Below are positions 38,501 through 48,924 of a DNA stretch of 64,000 bases, piece by piece (position 1 is the stretch's first letter; each line of letters begins with the position of its first letter). The notes beneath the pieces were generated by a model. That model ran no database searches. It was not told the DNA's origin and saw only the letters and a list, made by a program, of their open reading frames with translations. The stretch spans positions 4,650,001 through 4,714,000 of the forward strand of contig NC_043020.1 in NCBI RefSeq assembly GCF_006345805.1. Direction: 5' to 3'. The position numbers were made by a program, and so were the translations under genes. Origin of the DNA: Octopus sinensis. Its lineage: Eukaryota.

Positions 38501-38920
38501 GTGGCCAAGACAGTCCGATATGTCCAAGATGCGGGCGGGATAGGGAAACCGTCCCGCACGCTATTGTTCATTGTCCGGACGTGTCTGAGGTGTGGGTTTA
38601 TGCCGAACACCTGTTGTCAGGTACACGAAGAGTACAGCTGTCGACTGAGTCGATTACAAAAATTGACCCACCGGATTTCCTCGTGAATGAAGGTAAGTTT
38701 CGTTTTCTCGTTGTAGTAGCAATTGCGAAAGAGGTGATATGGAAGACGAGAATGAAAGGTTTACAGTCAGGCAAGTTCATCTCCGGCTCTGGTTTGATGA
38801 ATATTTCATCTTTCACCTGAAAAGGAAGATAGGTTGGAGAGAATATGCCTGACTAGGAGAGTGTATGAAGAACGATGGAAGGATGTAGCACGAAAGTTGC
38901 GAGTGAAAGATACAACATAA
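35528..38920 (+). CDS. ORF2 of element C: APE endonuclease, reverse transcriptase, C-terminal CCHC
   Basis: CLNVRGL, GDFN, YLDRI, SDH; KAFDRVDH, RQGCPLSP, YADD; CPRC...HAIVHC; single-base shifts near 35730 and 38800. Confidence 0.9.
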
Positions 38921-39167
38921 ATGTAATACCAAGCGCAACCAAAAGTATCAGTGGGGAGGCGGGGCTCGTGGGGTCCGAGCTAAACCCGCACCCACTCCAC
39001 CCGTAATGTCTTCCGGTCTGTCCCATCATTCGATTTCTGTCCATTTATTGTAATTCATGAAAATTTTTAAATTCGATTTATTGTAAAAACCCATTCGTGT
39101 GTCTGACCCCATCATCAGATTGTATTGTCCCATCTTTGTTCGCCCCTTGTGGGTAATAATAAAACAA

Positions 39168-40950
39168 CGTGTCGGAAATCTACGTGTGTTGTTATCTGTG
39201 ACTAGACGGTGAAATTTTTTCTGTGTAAATTGATTTAATATCGCGCGAGGCGTTTGCCTCCACGTGTGGAAACCTTCCGAAGAAGGTGAATTGACCCTCT
39301 AGTCATGGCGACTTACGCGGGGGTCACCGGGAAAAATAATGATTCGTCGATAATCATAAAGGATGTTTTCTTTGAGAAGGATAAACTCAAAGAATATGAA
39401 AAGCTCTTCAAAAGGGAGGGTGATAGCGTGAAGCTAATCGCCCCCGCGAAAGCAAAAGAGGACAAAGAAAGCAAGACAGTGACATACAGAACCCAAGACA
39501 AAAATACAAAGAAACTGGCAAGAGTGGAGATAGTCGAAATTGAAAAATGTCTGGGAGACATAATGGGGAAAACAACCTACGTGAGTAGAGGCAAGAAATT
39601 TGGTACGGTGGAGGTGAGATGTGCAACGGAAGAAATTGCAGCCTCACTGGCTACCACTGTACTAAGAGCCGAAAAATTTACAATGTGGCCCTCATACAAG
39701 GGAAGAAGAGGGGTCCGGGTTAAAATCCCGAATATACCCCCAGAAGTGAAAACAGAATGGCTGGCAACAGCTATTCTAGGAGCAGCAGAAGAGGAAGTGG
39801 AGGTGGAATCCTTTAAGGAGTCCAACGCGGTAAACTGGAGAGGATATGGGGTAGAACTGTGTTTGATGGCCACAAAAGAGGACATTGAAAGGTTCCCCTA
39901 CAGAATTGAAATTGAAGATGAAAAAACCCTCAGTGTAATTGTAGAGGGAAGAAAACCAAACTGTTACTTGTGTGGGACAAGGGGGCACATTAAAAAAGAG
40001 TGCCCGTTATACGAATTCGTAGCGGAGTGCGAGCAGGAACTTGAAGAAAAGAAGAATACGGTAAATGAAAAAGAAAACATAGAAAAGGAAACAAAACAAC
40101 AAGAGAAAGGAAATAATAAGTCAATGAAGGAAAAAGAAATAAAAGAAAAGAAAGAAATAGAACCAAAACAGAGTCAGGAAAAAAAAAAGGAAAAAGAAAC
40201 AATAGGAAAAAAACAAGAGAGAGATCAGAATCAAACGAAAAGAAAAGACGGCACACAAAAGGAAAAAGAAAAGGAACATAAAACACGAGAGAAAGAGAGA
40301 ACAGAGAAACAACCAAAAAGACAAGAGAAGGAAGGAGAAAGAAAAGAAGGCAAAAAGAGAGAAAGAGAGAAACAAAGAGAGGAGAACAAGGAAGAAATAA
40401 GCCTGAAAAGAAAAATGAAGGAAAACGTAGGACGGAAACAAGATTACTACTACTACAAGTTAATAACCTTCCATTTCTGCCCTGAAATGAAAGACTTGAC
40501 ATGGAATACGGAGGGACATATATGGGTCGACAGGAATACCGATCAGTGGCAGGAGACTGCTCTAATCCCCGAAGAAAGAGTCGCTGAGTTCCTCAGAGCT
40601 GCCGGAGAGAGTGTAATATTTCACACGAAGGTTCGAGTGAGAGAGCGGCCGCCTGAGGGCTCAGTGATTGACTTTAGAGAATTGAAAGCTATTATGGAAT
40701 ATGTATAGAATTGTGAGAAGAAGGAGAAGAAAGAAGAGAAAAAAGAAAATTTTGTGAAATATATGTGACGAAAATGTAACCTCTTGATTCCGGGGATCGA
40801 GTGGACATTTACATCTCATTGTAAATATTCTTTCATATGTCATTTTTTTACTTTTATTTTTTCCTTTTCTTGTCATTCGCTTCCTTATTTTAAGTTCCCC
40901 GATTGTATTGTCCCATCTATGTTCGCCCCTTGTGGGTAGTAATAAAATCA
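39168..40950 (+). mobile_element. ORF1-only element A' (diverged type A)
   Basis: Same layout as the A units; shared 3' tail. Confidence 0.92.
39305..40708 (+). CDS. Intact 467-aa ORF1 (N-terminal domain, CCHC zinc knuckle, K/E/R-rich linker, C-terminal domain)
   Basis: Uninterrupted ORF; CX2CX4HX4C knuckle CYLCGTRGHIKKEC. Confidence 0.9.
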   Translation: MATYAGVTGKNNDSSIIIKDVFFEKDKLKEYEKLFKREGDSVKLIAPAKAKEDKESKTVTYRTQDKNTKKLARVEIVEIEKCLGDIMGKTTYVSRGKKFGTVEVRCATEEIAASLATTVLRAEKFTMWPSYKGRRGVRVKIPNIPPEVKTEWLATAILGAAEEEVEVESFKESNAVNWRGYGVELCLMATKEDIERFPYRIEIEDEKTLSVIVEGRKPNCYLCGTRGHIKKECPLYEFVAECEQELEEKKNTVNEKENIEKETKQQEKGNNKSMKEKEIKEKKEIEPKQSQEKKKEKETIGKKQERDQNQTKRKDGTQKEKEKEHKTREKERTEKQPKRQEKEGERKEGKKREREKQREENKEEISLKRKMKENVGRKQDYYYYKLITFHFCPEMKDLTWNTEGHIWVDRNTDQWQETALIPEERVAEFLRAAGESVIFHTKVRVRERPPEGSVIDFRELKAIMEYV

Positions 40951-41175
40951 CATGGCGGAAAGCAAATCGCGTGTGTAGTGAGTTATTATATTTTGCCGTC
41001 GTATATATTTTCTCCGTTATATTCTACTGTGTGTCTAACTGTCTTTGTTTATTGTTGTACAACTGTTGAAGTCAGCCTTCGTGCGAGGGATTCGTGTTGG
41101 TGTTCAGCCCTCCGTGGGGGAAAAACTATCATTATTGCGGCTTGTGCCAAGGGCTTGTTAAGCCAGTTGTCGGAG

Positions 41176-42466
41176 ATGGACTCCCCCATCTCATATCCAC
41201 CTGTGTCTAGTGATGCAGGATCACCGGCGGTGTCGCCAAAGAAAAAAGATATTCCAGCACCAGCGAAAAAATTTTCAGAAGTAGCTGGTAAGAAAATTAA
41301 AAAATTTAACGTTGAAGACCTAAAGAAATATGCGGACTGTGTGACAAAAAGGGCACGGAAGTAACAGTGGTTACAAACGCCCAAAAACAGGAAGAAATTG
41401 CAAAAAGAAGAATAATTTATAAGACCTTCAATATAACAAGCAAATCGATACAAAAAATAGAGGAAAAAAAATCGAAAATTGCTTAAAGCCGATAATGGAT
41501 AAGATCACATACATCAATAGAGGAAAGAAATACGGCACAGTGGAGGTGAGATTCACAACAGAGGAGGTAGCCAAAAAGCTATCTATGGAACCAATAAAAG
41601 TGGAGAATATTGTTCTCCTCCCCCTGTATAGAGGAAAAAGAACATCAAAGATCACTATGAATAATATTCCGCCAGAAGCGGATGCCGAATGTCTGGTGGC
41701 AGCAGTTATGGTACGCCTGGAGGAAAAAATAAACATCCTCCAGGCCACAGTAGAGGAGGAAGAATTCTGGAAGGGGCAGCGGATAATAATAGCCATCTAG
41801 GCAGAAATACAAACCCTGGAAGAAATTCCAGAGACTCTAAAAATAAGCGAAGAAGATAGAGTCACAGTCTTCGTAGAGGGCAGAAAGCCGAGGTGCTTCG
41901 GCTGCGGTAAGAAAGGGCATGTAAGGGCAGAATGCCAACCCAAACCGCAGGAAGCAGCTCAGCCAGGTGGAAAAGCAGAAGAGGTGTCACCAGAAGCAGC
42001 GCCGGGTGGCCCAGAAGGGACGGCTGAAGGTGTGGAGGTGACAGAGGCAGCAGAACCAGTGGCGGAGGAAAAAAGAGCGAGGAAACGAAAAATGAGGAGG
42101 GGTGGTCAAAAATCACTAAAAAAAAAAAGAAAAACTGAAACCACCCCTCCCAAAGTGAACCAAAAGAAGAAAAGAGAGTCGTTGAACTCATTTATGGCCG
42201 TTAAGGCCTCGAACAATAGACTCGGTAATGTGTTGGCAGCTATGGCCAAAGTGGAAAAAATAGGGAAAAAAAATGACTATATATTGTACAGAATAGGCCG
42301 GAAGGATTACGGACGGATAAAGTCCGAATTTTTTCATGACGTGATTCCTCTCAGAATGGATATAACATCTCCATATATATTCGAGGGCCTGCGTCAGACT
42401 CCCCCACGAGGCCCAGAAAAAGAGACAAACAAAGAAGAAAAAGAAAAAACCGAACCACTGATATAA
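41176..42466 (+). CDS. ORF1 of element D (disrupted as assembled)
   Basis: MDSPISY start, RGKKYGTVEVRF, CFGCGKKGHVRAEC, ends ...KTEPLI*. Confidence 0.75.
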
Positions 42467-42474
42467 GATAAGTA

Positions 42475-45400
42475 ATGGATTACATTTATGTTGGTTGTTT
42501 AAATGTGCGCGGCCTGGGAGCAGGCTGGAAGCAAGGTCGCTTCCTTAATGATATCAGGTCGCGTAATTTAGATGTTATTGTTGCTACAGAAACCCGGTTA
42601 GAGGGGCCAAGAGGTCTACTCCCGCTGTTTGACGGCTACGAGAGTTTTTTCTCTCCTGGCAGTCCTACAGGCGGGGGTGGGGTGTTGGTCCTATTAAAAA
42701 GAAACCGGGTTTCTGAGAAAAAGTTAATTTTTGCAGATCCAGAAGGTAGGCTGGTCGTCATGGATTTGACGTTCAGTAATGGTAAAGTTATCAGACTGGT
42801 TGCAATTTACGCACCCAACCATAAAGGGCAAAGTGATTATTTTCGAGAACTGGAAAACTTTCTTGGTACTTCGCATTCATTAGTTGTGCTAGGAGACTTT
42901 AACACAATTTGCAAAGCGGATGTAGATTGTGTTGGCTCGCGTCCAGATAGAAAAGGTAACAGTAGCTTCATGGAACTGCTAAGCCGCTTTGAGCTAGCAG
43001 ATCCTTATAGGTTGGAATTTCCGAACGCTCCATTGTGGACATGGTCAAACAGCGACGGATCTTCCAGGTCATATTTAGATAGGATACTAATTAGAAAAGT
43101 AGACAGAAAAATAGCTAAGTGTCCACAGTTTTACCTGGTCAGCTACAGTGATCATAAAATGGTCACCTGTAAGCTTGACATAGATAAGGTTAAAAATAGA
43201 GGATCCGGTTACTGGAAACTTAATACGTCCCTTTTGGCGATTAAGGAGTACAAAGACCGGATTAGGACTATAAGTCAGAGGGCACTATCTGGTACCATCA
43301 TCAATAACAAATGGTGGTACGCCCTCAAACGAGCCATCAAATTCGAGTCAATTAGATATAGCATAGGAGTTGTGGCTAGAGAGGCTAGGAGGGAATCTAC
43401 TCTAGTTAAGGAATTAGAGGAAGCCTTGAAAACTGGCTCTGCGGCTCAGGTGACGTCCAAGAGACTGGTGTTAAACCAGCACCTCGAGGCCAAACACATG
43501 GGCTGCATTGTCAGGGCTAGGATCCGCGCAATGGGTTGTGAAGGAATCAACGCCGTGAGATGGGCCCGAGTGGTGGAAGCACAGCATGGTAACGATGCCA
43601 CGATTCGATCTTTGACGAACCAACAAGGTGAGTTGATAAACGAGCCCGAGGAGATGTGTGAGGCCTTTCACGAGCACTTCGCTCAGCTTTTCGGTGAGTG
43701 CGGCGGACTGGATAGGAGGAGGGCCTTTACGGACCTCCTCGACGGGCTGCCGCGCTTATCGGGGCAAGATGCGGAGGACTGTGAAGGGCCAATCACGCCT
43801 GGGGAGGTGGTTGAGGCGATGGCGGACTGCGGCGCGGGCAAGGCGCCGGGTTTGGATGGTCTACCCTATGAGTTATATAAGAGTATGCCAGACTTGTTCG
43901 GGCACCTACTGGCGGAGGTCTATGCGAACTGGCAGCAGAACGGGCTCATACCCAGATCTGTGCGCCGGGGAGTAGTGACACTCGTCAGAAAGGACCCGAG
44001 CAAGGGGGAGTGCATTGATAATTTCAGGCCCATCACTCTGCTAAACACAGAATTGAAGATTTTGGCCAAAGTGTTATCGAAAAGATTGGCGCGTGTCGCG
44101 GATGGTCTGATCGGAGAGGCACAGACATGTGCCGTTCCTGGCAGAACCATTCAGCATAATCTCCATCTTATGCGGTACACTATAGAGGGGTTTAATAGCG
44201 ATTCTGGCAGGGGTGGGGCACTGGTCCATTTAGACCAATCTAAAGCATTCGATAGGGTCGACCATCGATACCTGGTATCTGCCCTGGCACAGTTCGGGCT
44301 GAGCCTTGGCTTCCTCAGGTGGATTATCCAAATTTATGACAACATCGACTCGGTAGTTCGGGTGAACGGCTTCTTATCGAAGCCGTTCAACATCAAGCGC
44401 TCGGTTCGTCAAGTGTGTCCGCTCTCCCCGCTTTTGTACGTGATGGCTCTTGAGCCATTACTGCGAAAACTGAGCGGCATCCCGAGACAGCCAGGTAGTG
44501 GAAAATCGGTGTCAGCGTACGCGGATGACATCACCATCATCGTAACCGAAATGGACCACCTACGTAAAGTAGGCAAGGCCATAGAGGTTTACGAGACGGT
44601 GACAGGAGCAAAAGTTAATCGCGAAAAGTCAGTCGGCTTGCAACTCGGCACCTGGAGAGGCAAGTCGATGCCTCCTGACAGCGTCGTGGGACGTTGGACG
44701 GAGGGTCCGATTAAGTTGCTAGGGGTTTGGTTCGGTCCAGACTCCAAATAGAGAAGAATTGGGGCGAGGTATCGAGCAGGGTGGCTGCAGTAACCAAGAC
44801 CTGGTCTTGGCGGTGGCTATCCTGAAAGGGAGGGCGGAGGTAGCCAATGTGTTTATCGCATCGGTTATCACCTACCGCCTTTCCGTCGTTCCTTGCCCTG
44901 ATTCGTGGTTGATCAAGTTGGAAAGACAGCGCTTCTACTTCTTGTGGAAGGGCGGGAAACCACTTGTGAAACGCTCTACTTGCTGTCAACAACCGTTAAA
45001 GGGTGGGCTAGGGATGCCTTGGCTGATGATGCGCAGACATGCGCTAAGGTTAAGACATCTGTGGCTCTACCTGGATGGTGAACGGGTGTGGTCCCCGCTA
45101 GCAAAACTGATGTTTCCCAAGTTCACTAGTTTCGGTGGATGGGAAACCTGGCTGAATCGTAGATCGAAACTAGGCACATGGTACACGGAGTGTCGCAAGG
45201 CTCTCCTGCTATTCCGTCGCTCGGGCAACGCCTGCGGTGGGGGTTCCACCACATTCTTCTATAGAGGGTTGGTAGAGGTGGAATGTGAAGATATCTTGGG
45301 GGAAGCCCTAGGTCTATACGATAATCAGCTGGCCAGTCTGTTCCGACGTACGTTTGAGCCGAAGACACTGGACAACTTCCAGAAGTCTCTGGCATGGCAA

Positions 45401-45868
45401 TGCTACAGAGGAGCTCTACCTGTTCGGGATAAACTCGCAAGGCACGGTGGCCAAGACAGTCCGATATGTCCAAGATGCGAGCGGGATAGGGAAACCGTCC
45501 CGCACGCTATTGTTCATTGTTCGGACGTGTCTGAGGTGTGGGTTTATGCCGAACAGCTGTTGTCAAGCACACGAAGAGTACAGCTGTCGACTGAGTCGAT
45601 TACAAAAATTGACCCACCGGATTTCCTCGCGAAAGAAGGTAAGTTTTGTTTTCTCGTTGTAGTAGCAATTGCGAAAGAGGTGATATGGAAGACGAGAATG
45701 AAAGGTTTACAGTCAGGCAAGTTCATCTCCGGCCCTGGTTTGATGAATTATTTCATCTTTCACCTGAAAAGGAAGATAGGGCTGGAGAGAATATGCCTGG
45801 CTAAGAGAGTGTATGAAGAACGATGGAAAGATGTAGCACGAAAGTTGCGAGTGAATGATACCACATAA
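42475..45868 (+). CDS. ORF2 of element D: APE endonuclease, RT, CCHC (frameshift near 44750)
   Basis: 758-aa and 369-aa ORFs; YADD; RQVCPLSP variant of the conserved QG motif. Confidence 0.88.
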
Positions 45869-46085
45869 ATGTAAAACTAAACGAAACTAAAAGTATCAGT
45901 GGGGAGGCGGGGCTCGTGGGGTCCGAGCTAAACCCGCTCCCACTCTATCCGTAATGTCTTCCGGTCTGTTCTCCATTCGATTTTTTCTATTTTGTAATTT
46001 TCTGTAAAACCCATTCGTGTATCTGACCCCACATCAGATTGTATTGTCCCATCTATGTTCGCCCCTTGTGGGTAATAATAAAACA

Positions 46086-46400
46086 ACATGGAGGAAAGCA
46101 CCTTCGAAAAGTGTCTTGTTGCGACTATGAAAGGTATCTAATCAGAGGCGGTAAATTCGCCACAATAGAAGCAAGGTTCGAGTCAACGGAGCGTGCAAGG
46201 GAGTACTCGACTCGAACTTGCAAAGTGGAAATATTTTATTTTTACCTTTATATCTGGGACGTAGGACGTCCCGGATAAAAATTTAAAATGCCCCCCCCGA
46301 AGTAGTGGTAGGCTGGATTGTAGCCACACTTCTATACAAGAGGGAGGACAAGTTACAATTGATCGAAATTGCAAGAGAGGGCTTACAATTCCAGTCTGTT
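46086..46400 (+). pseudogene. Right half of the interrupted Tx1-type ORF1 relic
   Basis: MEESTFEKCL / IRGGKFATIEARF / LPLYLGRRTSRIKI*NAPPEVVVGWIVATLL align with EIEKCL / RGKKFGTVEVRC / LPLYKGKRTSKISMNNIPPE. Confidence 0.75.
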
Positions 46401-46623
46401 ATATATTTTGAGTATTGTTATCACTAGCGATATCAAGATATAACTTTGTATTTTGTATTTTATGTGTAGATGTATATATATAGATGTACATGTAATATGT
46501 ACACATATATACATGCACTAGCACTATGACCCGGCAACGACGGGTCTTTAATGCTAGTATATATATATATATATATATATTTTTTCCTCCGTCTTCCCTT
46601 TTCTGGATCTTTCCTTTTCCTAT

Positions 46624-46658
46624 GTTTCCGACGAAGAGCTCCGCTCGAAACGTTAAAC
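46624..46658 (+). other. Minimal hammerhead-ribozyme-like motif (Penelope-type), U4C variant
   Basis: GTTT-CCGACGA-A-GAGC-tcc-GCTC-GAA-ACGT-T-AAAC. Confidence 0.5.
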
Positions 46659-46754
46659 CCTCCTTCTTCCCATCCTTCCTGAGTGTCCAATAATACTATA
46701 TTTGTTCCACGTCCTCGCGTTGTTGTGTTTTCTCTTTGTGTTTTCATGTTTATA

Positions 46755-46825
<71 letters not shown>

Positions 46826-46852
46826 CATATACATATTACACACACACACACA

Positions 46853-46907
<55 letters not shown>

Positions 46908-48815
46908 GAATGTATGTATGTATAACCACATACACACACACACATATAGTCGTCTAAGAATACATTGGTCAGTAAATAGAGTGAGTGTATTATTCAAAGT
47001 GCACAGTAGAAACTGGTACCAAGCTATATTGGCTTTTGCTTTTACTTCAGATAACATCAGTGGTGTTAGAATACGACCGCACGAGAGGGAGTTTCGGTGA
47101 CATATTTTCTCCTCTTGCTCAACAGCGTCCGGCCGCATCCCAACATAACATAACTTAATGTTATATAAGCCATAATACATATTTGATAAGTAAATGTATA
47201 AAGGAACGCCAAAAACCGTTCTACTTTTATAAAGAGAAGATAGATTTTATTCACAGAGTACAAAGTGATTTGTCGTTATTAGCGTAGTGTTGTGTCATGG
47301 ATGCATGCTTAATATATTTGTGTCTGTGTGTTCGTGTGTGCGACAAAAGTACAGAAATAAGGTTTATGCAAATACAACAGAGCATAAAAGAAGTCTCAAC
47401 ATTTTGAGTTTAAATGAAGTTACTTTAGAGTTATTTTACCAGTTCATGTAGTACACGATAATGAGTTCTATACAAGATTTGAGTCTCGGAGCTGAGATTA
47501 GTTGAGTCACTTGTTGTGCATATTTTTTTCTTGATATAGATATTCTTTCAGATATATATACTGCAACTGTCTTTCCGTGGTGAGATTTTCTCACTAACAG
47601 CATGAGTTGAATCTGTAGTTATCTTGTGTACAAGTTGAATCCTTGTAGATGGAGACGATGTTGGTGATGGCGTTATGTCTGTCGCTTGGTTTACAATAGC
47701 GTCTTCATATTATGTTTTGCTTGGTTGTCGTCTGCCTTTCGAACCGGAACATGGTTGAGTAAGCTCTGTGTGGTCTCTGACTACGACCTTAAAAGGTCTT
47801 AAGCCAAAAGACAGTGAATCGTGATATGATCAGCCTATTTAAAGAGTTAAGATGGCTCAAATGAAAAGTCCTATCCAAAAGCCGTGATTTGTCAGTTTAC
47901 ACACTGGCGCGAAGTAAGTAGAGAGACAGACCGCGCTTAGATGCTGACCAATCAAAATAGTGGACACAACAAGGTTAAACTAGCCAAAGATGTTTGTAAT
48001 CTCAAACGAGATCATTCTTAATATTTTTCTCAAACAGTGAAGATAGCAATGAAGAAAACAATATTGCTACAGTGGTATGGAGAGAGGAGGCTGGTATTCA
48101 TGGGCCATTGCTAGTCTCCAAATACAATCATGCCTGGACTTGTGCCTCGGACGGGAACTTTCTTGGAGGAATCCCATGGTCATTCATGACCGAAGGGGTT
48201 CTTTTCCCTTTTTACAGTATTATAGATCAAATACAGCCGATCTTAGCCGGTTTTGCTTGGGTATTAGCTAACAGAATATTAGCTGACAGCCTGTTAAATG
48301 ACATTCGGTTTTCAATATCCTGAACGAAACTGATTGGTAAGTTAGTTTGGGATAGATTTATAATATTGTTTATTTAATTAATATATACGTTTGCGTGTGC
48401 CTGTTTAACATATATGAATATATACATAAATAAATATATATATATATGCATGCATGTATGTATGTATGTATGTATGTATGTATGTATGCATGTGTGTATG
48501 CATGTGTGTATGCATGTATGTATTTATGTATTATACCAGTTCAGTTTAGGTATATGCCTTCAAGTATGCTTGAAAAAGCTCGTCTACAGGTATCGGCTAA
48601 CAAATAATATACTGTGAGACCGATCTTGTCACTGAATACACATCTGGAAATCCGTGATTATCCGTAGGGTGTATACAAACATATGAATGAGAGAAAATGG
48701 GTTTGGGAAATACGCTTCATGGCCTGATACGACAATTGTGTCATCGCCACTTTACCAGAACTTCATTGCCACAACATTAATATGTAGAATATCAAATAAC
48801 ACATCGTGTTGTTGG

Positions 48816-48923
<108 letters not shown>

Positions 48924-48924
48924 G

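Larger units (their letters stand above)
33906..39167 (+). mobile_element. Full-length Tx1/L1-clade LINE, copy C
   Basis: 5' UTR, ORF1 with CCHC, ORF2 APE-RT-CCHC, shared 3' tail. Confidence 0.92.
40951..46085 (+). mobile_element. Full-length Tx1/L1-clade LINE, copy D
   Basis: ORF1 plus ORF2 plus shared 3' tail; bracketed by ACATGG(C/A)GGAAAGCA at 40950 and 46086. Confidence 0.92.
15727..46557 (+). mobile_element. Non-autonomous Helitron-like element hosting the Tx1 array (~1.2 kb without the insertions)
   Basis: 5' A|TCTTTATATATATAAAA plus (GTCT)n at 15727; 3' GACCCG-gcaacga-CGGGTC hairpin (46528-46546) then CTAG|T at 46554-46558. Confidence 0.55.

Noticed and set aside
17216-40502. Many minus-strand F/S/L-rich ORFs within the A and B units
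   Set aside because: They are antisense shadows of the purine-rich K/E linker, with no independent signal
16420-46085. LTR retrotransposon or endogenous virus interpretation (gag-like knuckle plus direct repeats)
   Set aside because: No protease, integrase, LTR, PBS or PPT. ORF2 is the APE-RT-CCHC of the L1/Tx1 type, and the repeats are whole elements
16420-46085. Telomeric array or insertion into U2 snRNA/rRNA (Keno/Utopia/R2-type targets)
   Set aside because: No TTAGGG repeats and no recognisable U2 or rRNA sequence at any junction; ordinary intronic-type DNA on both sides
47560-47760. Ser/Thr/Pro-rich open stretch on the minus strand as a further host exon
   Set aside because: In-frame stop upstream and no convincing acceptor
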